A stretch of DNA of 64,000 nucleotides from positions 7,701 through 71,700 of the forward strand of contig JASLXG010000048.1 in NCBI GenBank assembly GCA_030740435.1, written 5' to 3'. Positions 17,830 through 27,500 of this stretch are shown here, in pieces. This stretch comes from Alphaproteobacteria bacterium. GTDB lineage: Bacteria; Pseudomonadota; Alphaproteobacteria; UBA2966. The notes under the pieces are model-generated. The model ran no database searches, was not told the origin of the DNA, and saw only the letters and a program-made list of their open reading frames with translations. Position 1 is the stretch's first letter. Every line of letters begins with the position of its first letter. A program made the translations under genes and the position numbers.

Positions 17830-19406
17830 TCGTCACGGAAATCCTGGTGATCCTCATGTTCCTGGGGGTTTGCGGCGTCCTTATGGCCGGTTTCCCCGTG
17901 GCCTTCTCGTTGGGGGGTGCGGCGCTGATGTTCGCCGGGATCGCCACCCTGGCCGGCGAGTTCGATTCGGTTTTCTTCGGTTTCTACGCCAGCCGGATTT
18001 TCGGCCAGATGACCAACGAGGTGCTGATCGCGGTGCCGCTGTTTGTCTTCATGGGCGTCATGTTGGAACGTTCCAAGGTGGCCGAGGACTTGCTCGAGAA
18101 CATGGCCATGGCCTTTGGCTCGTTGCCCGGGGGCTTGGGCATTTCAGTCTGCATCGTCGGCGCGCTGCTGGCCGCCTCCACCGGCATCGTCGGCGCCACG
18201 GTGGTCACCATGGGCCTGTTGTCGCTGCCCACCATGCTGCGAAGGGGCTACGACCCCAAGCTGGCGACCGGCGTGATTTGCGCTTCGGGCACGCTGGGGC
18301 AGATCATTCCGCCCTCGCTCATCCTGGTGGTCCTGGGCGACCAGATCTCGGCCGCCTACCAGGAAGCCCAGCGCAAGCTGGGCAATTTCGCGCCCGATCC
18401 GGTTTCCGTCGGCGATCTCTTTGCCGGTGCGCTGCTGCCCGGCCTGATCCTGGTCGGCATGTACATCACCTATCAGTTCGGCTACGCCCTTCTGCGCCCC
18501 GAATCGTCGCCGCCGATTCCCCGTGAAGAGCTCACCGCCGGCCTCACCCGGGGCCAGGTCCGGATCAAGCTGCTCAATGCCCTGGTGGCGCCGGTGGTGC
18601 TGATCGTCTCCGTCTTGGGCTCCATCCTGGGTGGCGTCGCCACCCCCACCGAGGCCGCCGCGGTCGGTGCCATCGGCGCCACCCTGCTGGGTGGCCTGCG
18701 CTTGGGCGCCGACAAACCGTGGCCGGTCTACATCGCCGGGCTCTCTCTTATTGGGCTGCTGGTATTGACGGCCCAGGTCGACCTCAGGGTCTCGCGCGAC
18801 ATCATCAGCGCCGGCGAGTGGGCCGGCATTGTGGCCGCCGGGGTGTTCTGCCTGGCTTTGACCTGGGGTCTGCTGGTCAGTCTCGCGCGGGTTTTCGACG
18901 GCGGCGCGCTGCAAGAGGTCATGCGCTCGACCATGAAGATCAGCGCCATGGTTTTCGGCATCGTCATCGGGGCCCAGATGTTCTCGCTGGTGTTCCGCGG
19001 CCTGGGCGGCGACGACCTGGTGCATTCCTTCCTGACCTCGCTGCCCGGCGGCACGGTGGGGGCGGTGTTCTTCGTCATGCTGATCATGTTCATCATGGGG
19101 TTTTTCCTCGATTTCATCGAGATCACCTTCGTCGTCATTCCCATCGTCGCCCCCATCCTGTTGCTGATGGATCTCAATCCGGTGTGGCTCGGCATCATGA
19201 TCGCCATGAACCTACAGACCTCGTTTCTCACGCCACCCTTTGGTTTTGCCTTGTTCTACCTGCGTGGCGTCGCGCCCCCTGAGGTGACGACCGGGCAGAT
19301 CTACCGCGGCATCATTCCCTTCGTGGTGATCCAGCTCATTGCGCTGGGCCTGCTGGCGGCCTTCCCGGAACTGACGACCTGGTTGCCCAAAGTGATCTAC
19401 GGCTAG
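17826..19406 (+). CDS. TRAP transporter large permease (DctM family), unusually long (526 aa)
   Basis: GTG start overlapping dctQ stop (GTGA). Polytopic DctM-like sequence (MIVTEILVILMFLGV...). About 90 extra residues with two extra hydrophobic segments mid-protein, relative to ~430-aa DctM. Confidence 0.85.
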   Translation: MIVTEILVILMFLGVCGVLMAGFPVAFSLGGAALMFAGIATLAGEFDSVFFGFYASRIFGQMTNEVLIAVPLFVFMGVMLERSKVAEDLLENMAMAFGSLPGGLGISVCIVGALLAASTGIVGATVVTMGLLSLPTMLRRGYDPKLATGVICASGTLGQIIPPSLILVVLGDQISAAYQEAQRKLGNFAPDPVSVGDLFAGALLPGLILVGMYITYQFGYALLRPESSPPIPREELTAGLTRGQVRIKLLNALVAPVVLIVSVLGSILGGVATPTEAAAVGAIGATLLGGLRLGADKPWPVYIAGLSLIGLLVLTAQVDLRVSRDIISAGEWAGIVAAGVFCLALTWGLLVSLARVFDGGALQEVMRSTMKISAMVFGIVIGAQMFSLVFRGLGGDDLVHSFLTSLPGGTVGAVFFVMLIMFIMGFFLDFIEITFVVIPIVAPILLLMDLNPVWLGIMIAMNLQTSFLTPPFGFALFYLRGVAPPEVTTGQIYRGIIPFVVIQLIALGLLAAFPELTTWLPKVIYG

Positions 19407-19422
19407 AGCGGCGGACGGAACC

Positions 19423-20568
19423 ATGACCATCGAGACCTTCGCGGGCCAACCGCGGCCGGTTCAGCCGCCGCTGCTGGAGCGTGCCGCGGAGCTCGGCATC
19501 CGCCAGGTGCTGGACCGGGACGGCGAACTGGCCGGCGACCTGGCCGATCCCGAACTCTCGCGCGAAGACCTCGTACGAATGTACGAAATCATGGTGCTGG
19601 TGCGCCTGATCGACGAGCGCGGCTGGCAGTTGCAGCGCTCGGGCCGGGTCGAGTTCTGGATCCCCGGCCGCGGCCAGGAGGCCGCCCACATGGGCTCGGC
19701 CCTGGCGCTGGAGGAAGACGATTGGATCTTCCTGGCCGACCGCGAAGTGGGTGCCATGCTGCTCCGTGGCGCCAGCCTAGAGAGCCTGTTCGCGCAGTTC
19801 TTCGGCCGCGTCGACGAACCGCTGCGCGGCCGCCGCCTGCCGCTCCTGCTGGGCGACAGGCGCCTCAACATCGTGCCCTGCATGACCCAGGTGGGATCGT
19901 ACTTGCCTCATGCCGCCGGGGCTGCCTGGGCGGCCAAGCTGCAAGGCCACAGCACACGCACGCTGGTCTATTTCGGCGACGGCGCCACCTCGCGCGGCGA
20001 GTTTCACAGCGCACTCAACTTCGCCGGCATCCACCGCCCACCGGTGATCTTCATGTGCCAGAACAACGGCTGGGCCGTATCCACCCCCACCGACCGCCAG
20101 ACCGCCACAGACAGCTTCGCCGCCAAGGGCGAGGCCTATGGCGTGCGCAACGTGCGCGTCGACGGCAACGATCCGCTAGCCGTCTACGCCGTCACCCGCG
20201 AGGCCCACGAGCTGGCGCCCGAGGAAGGCGCCACCCTGATCGAGGCGGTGACCTATCGTTTGGGGTTCCATACCTCGTCCGACAACCCCGACCTCTACCG
20301 CCTGCCGGAAGAAGTGACGGCCTGGGAGGCCTGGGACCCGCTCAACCGCACGCGGCGCTATCTGGAAAAGCGCCAGTGGTGGAGCGAGGCCCAGGAGCAG
20401 GCGCTCCATGAAAGCTGCCTGGCCGACATCCAGGCCGCCATCGAGACGGCCGAGGGCATGACCGGGCCGACGCCCGGCGATATTTTCGACGACATCCACG
20501 CCGAGCCCACCTGGCGCCTCGAGGAACAGCGCCGGCGGTTGCTGGCCGATCTCGGCCAGGAAGACTGA
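19423..20568 (+). CDS. 2-oxoacid dehydrogenase E1 component alpha subunit (TPP-dependent; BCKDH/PDH/acetoin-dehydrogenase family)
   Basis: TPP-binding motif YFGDGATSRGEFHSALNFA...PVIFMCQNNGWAVST. Confidence 0.85.
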   Translation: MTIETFAGQPRPVQPPLLERAAELGIRQVLDRDGELAGDLADPELSREDLVRMYEIMVLVRLIDERGWQLQRSGRVEFWIPGRGQEAAHMGSALALEEDDWIFLADREVGAMLLRGASLESLFAQFFGRVDEPLRGRRLPLLLGDRRLNIVPCMTQVGSYLPHAAGAAWAAKLQGHSTRTLVYFGDGATSRGEFHSALNFAGIHRPPVIFMCQNNGWAVSTPTDRQTATDSFAAKGEAYGVRNVRVDGNDPLAVYAVTREAHELAPEEGATLIEAVTYRLGFHTSSDNPDLYRLPEEVTAWEAWDPLNRTRRYLEKRQWWSEAQEQALHESCLADIQAAIETAEGMTGPTPGDIFDDIHAEPTWRLEEQRRRLLADLGQED

Positions 20569-20569
20569 A

Positions 20570-21553
20570 GTGCCCGAACTCACCGTCCTCGAAGCCCTGA
20601 ATGCGGCCATGGCCCACGAGATGGCACGCGACGAGACGGTCGTCCTCCTGGGCGAAGACGTGGGCGTGGCCGGCGGCATCTTCCGCGCCAGCCAGGGCCT
20701 GCAGCAGCGCTTCGGGCCTGGGCGCGTGATCGACACGCCGCTCGACGAGAAAGGCATCGCCGCCCATGCCGTGGGCATGGCGCTTTACGGCCTCAAGCCG
20801 ATCGCCGAGATCCAGTTCTCCGGCTTCATCCACGACGCTTTCGAGCACATCATGTTCGGCGGCGCCAAGTACCGCTGGGCCACGGCCGGCCAGTACTCCT
20901 GCCCGATGGTCGTGCGGGCACCTTCCTTCGGCGGCATCCACGGCGGTTTCTGGCATTCCCAAAGCCCCGAGGCATATTACGTCCACGGCGGCGGCATAAA
21001 GATCGTCGTCCCCAGCACGCCGGCCGACGCCTATGGCCTGCTGCTGGCCGCCATCCGTGATCCCGATCCGGTGCTGATCCTGGAGCCGGTACCGCTTTAT
21101 CGTTCGCTGCGCGGCGAGGTGGCAGACGACGGCAAGGCCCTGGCGCTGGGCCAGGCCGCCGTGGTGCGCCCGGGGCGCGACCTCAGCCTGGCCACCTACG
21201 GCCCCATCCGCTACGACTGCCAGCGCGTGGCCGAACGCCTGGCGGCCGAGGGCCTTGAGATCGAGATCATCGATCTGCGCTCCATCGTGCCCTTCGACGC
21301 CGACGCCGTTGTCGCCTCGGTCGAGCGCACCGGACGCCTGATGATCGTGCATGAGGCGCCGCTCAGCCTGGGTTTCGGAGCCGAATTGGCGGCCACCGTG
21401 CAAGCCCGCGCCTTTGGCTACCTGGAAGCCCCCATCGAACGCGTGGCGGCGCCCGACATGCCTTATCCCTACGGCGGCGGCGATGCCTACTACCGGCCCG
21501 GCGAGGCCGTCATCGAGGCGGCGGCGCGGCGCACGCTGGGCTTCAGCCTCTGA
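20570..21553 (+). CDS. 2-oxoacid dehydrogenase E1 component beta subunit (transketolase-like)
   Basis: GTG start 2 nt after the E1alpha stop. Transketolase-pyrimidine-binding-like N-terminus (LLGEDVGVAGGIFRAS) and C-terminal domain. Confidence 0.85.
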   Translation: MPELTVLEALNAAMAHEMARDETVVLLGEDVGVAGGIFRASQGLQQRFGPGRVIDTPLDEKGIAAHAVGMALYGLKPIAEIQFSGFIHDAFEHIMFGGAKYRWATAGQYSCPMVVRAPSFGGIHGGFWHSQSPEAYYVHGGGIKIVVPSTPADAYGLLLAAIRDPDPVLILEPVPLYRSLRGEVADDGKALALGQAAVVRPGRDLSLATYGPIRYDCQRVAERLAAEGLEIEIIDLRSIVPFDADAVVASVERTGRLMIVHEAPLSLGFGAELAATVQARAFGYLEAPIERVAAPDMPYPYGGGDAYYRPGEAVIEAAARRTLGFSL

Positions 21554-22689
21554 TGTTCGCCTTCAAGCTGCCCGACGTGGGCGAAGGCATCAGTGAGGCC
21601 GAGTTGCTGGAATGGCGGGTGGCCGTGGGCGATCAGGTGGCCGAGGGCGACGATATCGCCGTGGTCAACACCGACAAGATCACTGTCGAGCTGCCGTCGC
21701 CTCGCGCCGGCACCATCCGGGCGCGCTACGGCGAAGTGGGCGAGATCATCGCCGTGGGCACGGTGGTCGTCGAGATCGACGACGGCTCGGAGGAAACCGC
21801 GGCGGCCCCGGTGGCGGCAAAATCCCCAGCCGCGCCCGCCGCCAAGCCAGGCAAGGTCGTGGCCGCCCCGGCGACGCGCCGGCGGGCCCGCGAGTTGGGC
21901 GTCGACCTGGCCCGCCTCACGGGTAGCGGCGAGGGCGGCGCCATCCGCATCGAGGACGTCGAAGCCGCGGCCGCCGGCGGCGGCAGCGACGACAGCCGGC
22001 GCATTCCCCTCAGCGGGGCCCGCGCCACGGCGGCCCGGCACCTGGCCCAGTCGGTTCACACCCTGGCCACCTCGACCACCAGCTTCGAGGCCCGCGGCGA
22101 CGGCATTCTCAAATGCCTCGAGGCGGCCCGGCCGGCGGCCGAGCAGCAAGGCCTGAAAATCAGCCCGGTCGCCGTCGTCGCCAAGTGCCTGGCCGCCGTG
22201 CTGAGCCGCCACGAACGCTTCAACGCCACCATCGACGAGAGTAGGAACGAGCTGATCGTACACCAGACCGTCGAGCTCGGCCTGGCCGTGGCGGCGCCCG
22301 AGGGTTTGATCGTGCCGGTGCTGCGCGACACCGCAAACCTTGCGCTGCTCGACATTGCCGCCGACATCGCCGAGCTATCGCTCCGGGCTCGAGAGGGCCG
22401 GCTCACGCTGGCCGACATCAAGGGCGCCAGCTTCACGCTTTCCAGCACCGGCGGCCTGGAAGAGGCCACGATTATCTCCACCCGTCCCATCATCAATCCG
22501 CCGCAGAGCGCCGTGCTCTGGGTCTCCCGTATCAACCAACGGCCCCGGGTGACGGCCGGCCGCCTGGAATCCGGTCCCCTGCTGGCCGCCAGCCTGAGCT
22601 TCGACCACCGCTACATCGACGGCGCCGAAGCCACCGCCTTCATCAACGACCTGGTGGCTCAGCTCGAGGCGCCGGGCGGCAACGCCTGA
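21553..22689 (+). CDS. dihydrolipoamide acyltransferase (E2) with single lipoyl domain, E3-binding domain and catalytic domain
   Basis: Lipoyl-attachment site DKITVELPSP. PSBD ATRRRARELGVDLARLTGSG. Catalytic motif SFDHRYIDGAEA. TGATG overlap with E1beta. Confidence 0.85.
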   Translation: MFAFKLPDVGEGISEAELLEWRVAVGDQVAEGDDIAVVNTDKITVELPSPRAGTIRARYGEVGEIIAVGTVVVEIDDGSEETAAAPVAAKSPAAPAAKPGKVVAAPATRRRARELGVDLARLTGSGEGGAIRIEDVEAAAAGGGSDDSRRIPLSGARATAARHLAQSVHTLATSTTSFEARGDGILKCLEAARPAAEQQGLKISPVAVVAKCLAAVLSRHERFNATIDESRNELIVHQTVELGLAVAAPEGLIVPVLRDTANLALLDIAADIAELSLRAREGRLTLADIKGASFTLSSTGGLEEATIISTRPIINPPQSAVLWVSRINQRPRVTAGRLESGPLLAASLSFDHRYIDGAEATAFINDLVAQLEAPGGNA

Positions 22690-22695
22690 GCCCCC

Positions 22696-23556
22696 CTATT
22701 CGAACTCGCGGGGCTGCCACCAGGGGTAATAGTCCGGCATGTCGGTGCTTGGCTTCATGCTGAATTTGGGCGGGCGTTTTTCCAGAAAGGACGCCACGCC
22801 TTCGTAAGCGTCGGGCAATTGCCCCATGGCCACGATGCCGCGGGAATCGAGCTTGTGGGCCTCCATGGGATGATCGGCGCCAAGCATGCGCCAGAGCGTC
22901 TGGCGGATCAGGGCGACGGAGACGGCCGAGGTGTTGTCGGCGATCTCGCGGGCGATCTTGCGGGCCTCGGGCAAGAGTTCCTCGGGCCGCACCACGCGAC
23001 GCACCAGGCCCGCCTCGAGGGCCTCGTGGGCCGGGAAGACGCGGCCCGAATACATCCACTCCAGGGCCTTGGAGATGCCCACGATGCGGGGCAGGAACCA
23101 GGTCGAGCAGGCCTCGGGAACGATGCCGCGGCGGCTGAAGACGAAACCGAAGCGGGCCGTTTCGGAAGCGATGCGGATATCCATGGCCAGCGTCATGGTG
23201 GCTCCGATGCCGGCGGCCGGGCCGTTGATGGCGGCGATCACCGGCTTTTTGCAGTCGTAAAGCCTGAGCGTCGTCAGGCCGCCGCCATCGCGGTTCCTCT
23301 CGGGGATCTCCTGGGCCGCGCGTTTTTCGTAATCGAAGGTCTCGGCCCCGGCCGAGAGATCGGCCCCGGCGCAGTAGCCGCGCCCCGCGCCGGTGAAGAT
23401 GATTGCCCGCACCTCGTCGTCGGCATCGGCCTGGTCGAGGGCGTCGATGATCTCCAGCCCCATGGGCTCGATCCAGGCATTGAGCTTGTCGGGCCGGTTA
23501 AGGGTGATGGTGAGGATTCTGTCTGCCACGTCGTAGAGAATGTACTTGTATGCCAT
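22696..23556 (-). CDS. enoyl-CoA hydratase/isomerase (crotonase) family protein
   Basis: ITLNRPDKLNAW, FTGAGRGYCAGADL are crotonase-fold signatures. Confidence 0.85.
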   Translation of the reverse strand: MAYKYILYDVADRILTITLNRPDKLNAWIEPMGLEIIDALDQADADDEVRAIIFTGAGRGYCAGADLSAGAETFDYEKRAAQEIPERNRDGGGLTTLRLYDCKKPVIAAINGPAAGIGATMTLAMDIRIASETARFGFVFSRRGIVPEACSTWFLPRIVGISKALEWMYSGRVFPAHEALEAGLVRRVVRPEELLPEARKIAREIADNTSAVSVALIRQTLWRMLGADHPMEAHKLDSRGIVAMGQLPDAYEGVASFLEKRPPKFSMKPSTDMPDYYPWWQPREFE

Positions 23557-23605
23557 GGCGGCTCTCCTTTGTACGCTGGTGGATCAAGTCTAACCCGAGG
23601 ATCAT

Positions 23606-25153
23606 ATGACCTGGAAACCCGAGATCGAGGAACTGCGTCGGCGCGAGGCCTTCGCCCGCGAGATGGGCGGCGAGGAAAAAATCAAACGCCAGCACGACGC
23701 CAGCCGCCTGACCGTGCGCGAGCGTCTCGAACGCCTGCTCGACAAGGGTTCGTTCCACGAGATCGGGGCACTGGGGGGCGTCGCCAGCTACGACACCGAC
23801 GGCGGCCTCGAACACGTGCGGCCGGCCAATTTCCTGTTCGGACGCGGCGATCTCGAAGGCCGCCGGGTGCTGGTCGAGGGCGACGACTTCACGGTGCGCG
23901 GTGGCGCCGCCGACGCCTCGATCTGGGACAAGATGGTGGCCGCCGAGCAGATGGCCGGCGAGCTCAGGCTGCCGCTCGTCCGCCTGGTCGAGGGCACCGG
24001 TGGCGGCGGCTCGGTCAAATCCATCGAGACCGAGGGCCGCACATACGTCAGCCAGGCCTTCGGCTGGGAACACGTGGTCGGCAACCTGGCCACGGTTCCC
24101 GTGGTGGCGCTGGGGCTAGGGCCGGTGGCCGGCCTGGGCGCGGCGCGGCTGGTTTCGAGCCACTATTCGCTGATGGTGCGGGGGCTTTCCCAGATGTTCG
24201 TGGCCGGCCCGCCGGTGGTGGCCCGGGTGGCCGCACCCATCGACAAGGAGACGCTGGGGGGCGCCGACATGCACGGCGACATGGGCGCCGTCGACGACGT
24301 GATGGAGAGCGAAGAGGCGGCCTTCGAGCAGGCGAAACGGTTCCTCTCGTACCTGCCTTCGTCGGTCTTCGAGCTGCCGCCCCGCGGCCCCTGCGACGAC
24401 GACCCCGAAAGGAGAGACGAAAGTCTCATTGATGCCGTCCCACGCAACCGGCGCAAGGTCTACAAGATGCGTCCGATCGTCGAGAGCGTGGTCGACCGGG
24501 GCTCGTTCCTCGAGCTCGGCCGGCGCTGGGGCCGGTCGGTGATCACCGGCCTGGCGCGTCTCGATGGCTGGCCGGTGGCGCTGCTGGCCAGCGATCCCTA
24601 CCACTACGGCGGCGCCTGGACGGCCGATGCCTCGCGCAAGGTGACGCGGTTCGTCGACCTCGCCCAGACCTTCCATCTGCCCGTGGTGCATCTCGTGGAC
24701 ATCCCCGGCTTCATCATCGGCCTGCAGGGCGAACAGGCCGGCACCATCCGCTTTGGATCGCAGGCCCTGGCGGCGGTCTTTCAGGCCACGGTGCCCTGGT
24801 GCAGCGTCATCGTGCGTAAGTGTTTCGGGGTGGCCGGGGCGGCCCACATGAACACCTCGCGAACCCGCATGAGATACGCCTGGCCCTCGTCGGACTGGGG
24901 CTCGCTGCCCGTCGAGGGCGGCATCGAGGCGGCCTACAAGGCGGACCTGGAAGCCGCCGACGACCCCGAGGCGCTGCGCCTAGACATCGAGGCGCGCCTC
25001 GAAAAGGCGCGTTCGCCCTTCCGCACCGCCGAGACCTATTGGGTCGAGGAGATCATCGATCCACGTGATACGCGGCCGCTGTTGTGCGAATTCGCCAACC
25101 TGGCGGCGCCGCTGCGCGAGGCCGGGCGTTCGGGGTTCGGGTATCGGCCCTAG
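23606..25153 (+). CDS. acyl-CoA carboxylase carboxyltransferase subunit (propionyl-/methylcrotonyl-CoA carboxylase beta-like)
   Basis: 515 aa with both carboxyltransferase half-domains (VLVEGDDFTVRGGA..., PVVHLVDIPGFIIG...). Confidence 0.85.
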   Translation: MTWKPEIEELRRREAFAREMGGEEKIKRQHDASRLTVRERLERLLDKGSFHEIGALGGVASYDTDGGLEHVRPANFLFGRGDLEGRRVLVEGDDFTVRGGAADASIWDKMVAAEQMAGELRLPLVRLVEGTGGGGSVKSIETEGRTYVSQAFGWEHVVGNLATVPVVALGLGPVAGLGAARLVSSHYSLMVRGLSQMFVAGPPVVARVAAPIDKETLGGADMHGDMGAVDDVMESEEAAFEQAKRFLSYLPSSVFELPPRGPCDDDPERRDESLIDAVPRNRRKVYKMRPIVESVVDRGSFLELGRRWGRSVITGLARLDGWPVALLASDPYHYGGAWTADASRKVTRFVDLAQTFHLPVVHLVDIPGFIIGLQGEQAGTIRFGSQALAAVFQATVPWCSVIVRKCFGVAGAAHMNTSRTRMRYAWPSSDWGSLPVEGGIEAAYKADLEAADDPEALRLDIEARLEKARSPFRTAETYWVEEIIDPRDTRPLLCEFANLAAPLREAGRSGFGYRP

Positions 25154-25154
25154 T

Positions 25155-25505
25155 TTACTCAGCCGCCACCTTGGTCGTGCCCTTGTGGGATTGCTCCTTC
25201 TCACTCAGCGGCATCTTCAATGCTTCGTGCACCAGAACCGGGTCATACTCGATCACTCGAAAAAGGATTCGTGCCGTCCGGTGGGGTTTCCGGCGGCCCT
25301 GTTCCCAGGCCTGCAGGGCGGAGAGCTTGAAACCGAAAAAACCCGCGAACTCACGCTGAGTCATCCCCGTACGCCGGCGGATCTCCTTGATATCGGGATA
25401 CTGTGGGACATAAACGAGCGTGGTGCGGGGAGCTTTCTTCTCTCCCCTGGCAATGGCCAAGGCATCGCGCGCCCCGCGCAGAATGCTCTCACCATATTCA
25501 CTCAT
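25155..25505 (-). CDS. type II antitoxin, HigA-like XRE-family HTH protein
   Basis: 116 aa with HTH (MTQREFAGFFGFKLSALQAWEQGRRKP). Located immediately downstream of, and overlapping by 4 bp, a RelE/HigB-like toxin gene. Confidence 0.7.
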   Translation of the reverse strand: MSEYGESILRGARDALAIARGEKKAPRTTLVYVPQYPDIKEIRRRTGMTQREFAGFFGFKLSALQAWEQGRRKPHRTARILFRVIEYDPVLVHEALKMPLSEKEQSHKGTTKVAAE

Positions 25506-25876
25506 GTCCTTCTCCGTCCTCTGTGCACCGCCTTGATCCCGGCGGTGACCTGCCGCAAATCGTTTTCCTCGGCACGGGTAAGGTTGTCCTTGTCGCTCTT
25601 GCCGAATACCGAAAACAAATAAAGCGGCATCTGGTGGCTGTGGTAGTAGTAGATCACTCGCACCCCACCGCTTTTGCCCTTGCCTTTAGACGCCCAGCGG
25701 ATCTTTCTGACCCCGCCCGTGCGCGGCAAAGGCGCCACCGTGACGGGACTGTTGGCCAGAAAATCGATCAGTTCCTCGCGCTCGGCGTGGCTCAATAACC
25801 CCTTTGCCTGGGCTATGAAGGGCTCAGTTTCGACGATCTCTACCGGCCCTGTATCCCCAGTCAGTATATAAGACAT
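25502..25876 (-). CDS. type II toxin, RelE/ParE superfamily (HigB/Gp49-like)
   Basis: 124 aa. GGVRVIYYY...LYLFSVFGKSDKDNLTRAEENDL matches HigB-2/Gp49-type mRNA interferase toxins. The toxin-first, antitoxin-second order is typical of higBA. Confidence 0.7.
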   Translation of the reverse strand: MSYILTGDTGPVEIVETEPFIAQAKGLLSHAEREELIDFLANSPVTVAPLPRTGGVRKIRWASKGKGKSGGVRVIYYYHSHQMPLYLFSVFGKSDKDNLTRAEENDLRQVTAGIKAVHRGRRRT

Positions 25877-25912
25877 TGTCGTACTTGCTCAAGGGCAGAG
25901 AAGCTGCCATCC

Positions 25913-26806
25913 CTAGCCGCCCCTGAGCGGCCGCGAGTGGCGCCACTCGGCCAACAGCGTCCGCAGGCTGGCGATGAAAGCCAGCGGCTGGTCCAGCATC
26001 AGGTGGTGGTGGGCTTCGGGGATGGCCACGAAGGGCACGTTCTGGTCCAAGACCCCGAACATGTAGTCGACGGTGTCCTGGTTCATCATCTCGCTCTGCT
26101 CGCCATAGATGACGCCGACCCGGCATTTGAGGCTGGCCAGGTCGTTGGCCATGTTGCCGCGCTTGAAGTGCTTGAAGAGCTGGTCGTCGAACTTCCAGCT
26201 CCAGCCGCCCTCTGTCTCGACCACCGAATGGCGGGCGATGAATTCGAGCACGTAATCGTTTCCGCAATCCTGCGGCGGCATCAGGCGGAAACGGCCGACG
26301 GCGGTATCGAAGTCGGGGTAGTAGCGCTTGGGCCGGATGGGCGAGCGTTTGGGGTCGAACTCCCACTTGTAGTCCGGCGGGCGCACCGGCGCATCGACCA
26401 GCACCACGCCGGTCAACTGGTCGCCGAAAAGGGTGCCGGCCTTGAGGCTGATGAAGCCGCCGAAGCTGTGGCCGACGATGATCGGCCGCTCTCCCAGCTC
26501 GGCGTGCTGGCAGACCGCCATCAGCTCGGCCGCGAAGGTCTCGGCCCGGTAGCGCTCCCGGTAGCCCGAATCGCCCATGCCGCCGAGGTTGATGGCGGCC
26601 ACCCGGTAGTGATCGAGGAAGAAGGGCGCGATGAAGCTCCACCAATAGGCATGGGCACCGTTGCCGTGCACCAGCAAAAGCCCTGGCTTGCCCACGTCGC
26701 CCCAGACCAGATAGCGGATGGGACAGCCTTCGACTTCGATCTCGCCGTGCTCATAGGGCGTATCCAGGGCGTGCTCGAACCAGGGCGGGGCGGCAATCGT
26801 CGACAC
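25913..26806 (-). CDS. alpha/beta hydrolase
   Basis: HGNGAHAYWW...IVGHSFGG nucleophile elbow (GHSFG) in an alpha/beta-hydrolase scaffold. Confidence 0.75.
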   Translation of the reverse strand: MSTIAAPPWFEHALDTPYEHGEIEVEGCPIRYLVWGDVGKPGLLLVHGNGAHAYWWSFIAPFFLDHYRVAAINLGGMGDSGYRERYRAETFAAELMAVCQHAELGERPIIVGHSFGGFISLKAGTLFGDQLTGVVLVDAPVRPPDYKWEFDPKRSPIRPKRYYPDFDTAVGRFRLMPPQDCGNDYVLEFIARHSVVETEGGWSWKFDDQLFKHFKRGNMANDLASLKCRVGVIYGEQSEMMNQDTVDYMFGVLDQNVPFVAIPEAHHHLMLDQPLAFIASLRTLLAEWRHSRPLRGG

Positions 26807-26880
26807 TATGCTGTTCCTTCTATTTGCTCTCGTTGAGCCGCTATAGTAACCCTCTTTGCCCCGCCACCGAGGAGAGTCCC

Positions 26881-27489
26881 GTGAAACTCTATGACCTGGC
26901 CGCCTCGCCCAACACCCGCCGCGTGCGCATCTACCTAGCGGAAAAGGGCATCGAGATCCCCACCGTCGCCATCGACATGAGCAAGGGCGAGCAGAAGACG
27001 CCCGAGTATCTGGCCAAGAATTCGCTGGGCAAGATGCCGGTTTTAGAACTCGACGACGGCACCTGCATCGCTGAGAGCGTGGCGATTTGCCGCTATCTTG
27101 AGGAATTGCACCCGGAGCCGCCGATGTTCGGCCGCGACGCGCTGGAGCGCGCCCGCGTCGAGATGTGGCACCGCCGGGCCGAGCTCGAGATCCTGCAGTC
27201 CTTGATGCACGTCTTCGGCCACACCCACGAGATGTGGAAGGGCGTGCTGACCCAGATCCCGGAATGGGGCGCCGCCTGCGTCGAGACCGTGCAGGAACGC
27301 TACGCCTGGCTCGACCGCGAACTCGAAGGCCGCGAGTTCATCGCCACGGACGACTACACCGTGGCCGACATCGCGCTCCAGTGCGGCCTGTTGATGGGCA
27401 AGGGCATCGGCGTCCGCGCCCCCGACGATCTGGCCAACCTGGGTGCCTGGTGGCAACGCGTCTCCAGCCGGCCCACGGCGCGGGCCTAG
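26881..27489 (+). CDS. glutathione S-transferase
   Basis: GTG start after GGAGAG. N-terminal thioredoxin-like GST domain (KLYDLAASPNTRRVRIYLAEKGI...) and C-terminal helical domain. Confidence 0.8.
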   Translation: MKLYDLAASPNTRRVRIYLAEKGIEIPTVAIDMSKGEQKTPEYLAKNSLGKMPVLELDDGTCIAESVAICRYLEELHPEPPMFGRDALERARVEMWHRRAELEILQSLMHVFGHTHEMWKGVLTQIPEWGAACVETVQERYAWLDRELEGREFIATDDYTVADIALQCGLLMGKGIGVRAPDDLANLGAWWQRVSSRPTARA

Positions 27490-27500
27490 TTTGGATTTCT

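Noticed and set aside
18144-19025. 293-aa minus-strand ORF within dctM, and similar antisense ORFs at 22819..24432, 29887..32094, 36008..37717, 42957..44714 and 50021..51781
   Set aside because: All are antisense or out of frame relative to genes with unambiguous family signatures (DctM, carboxyltransferase, MBOAT, acyl-CoA ligase, murE/murF, murC). They are long only because of high GC.
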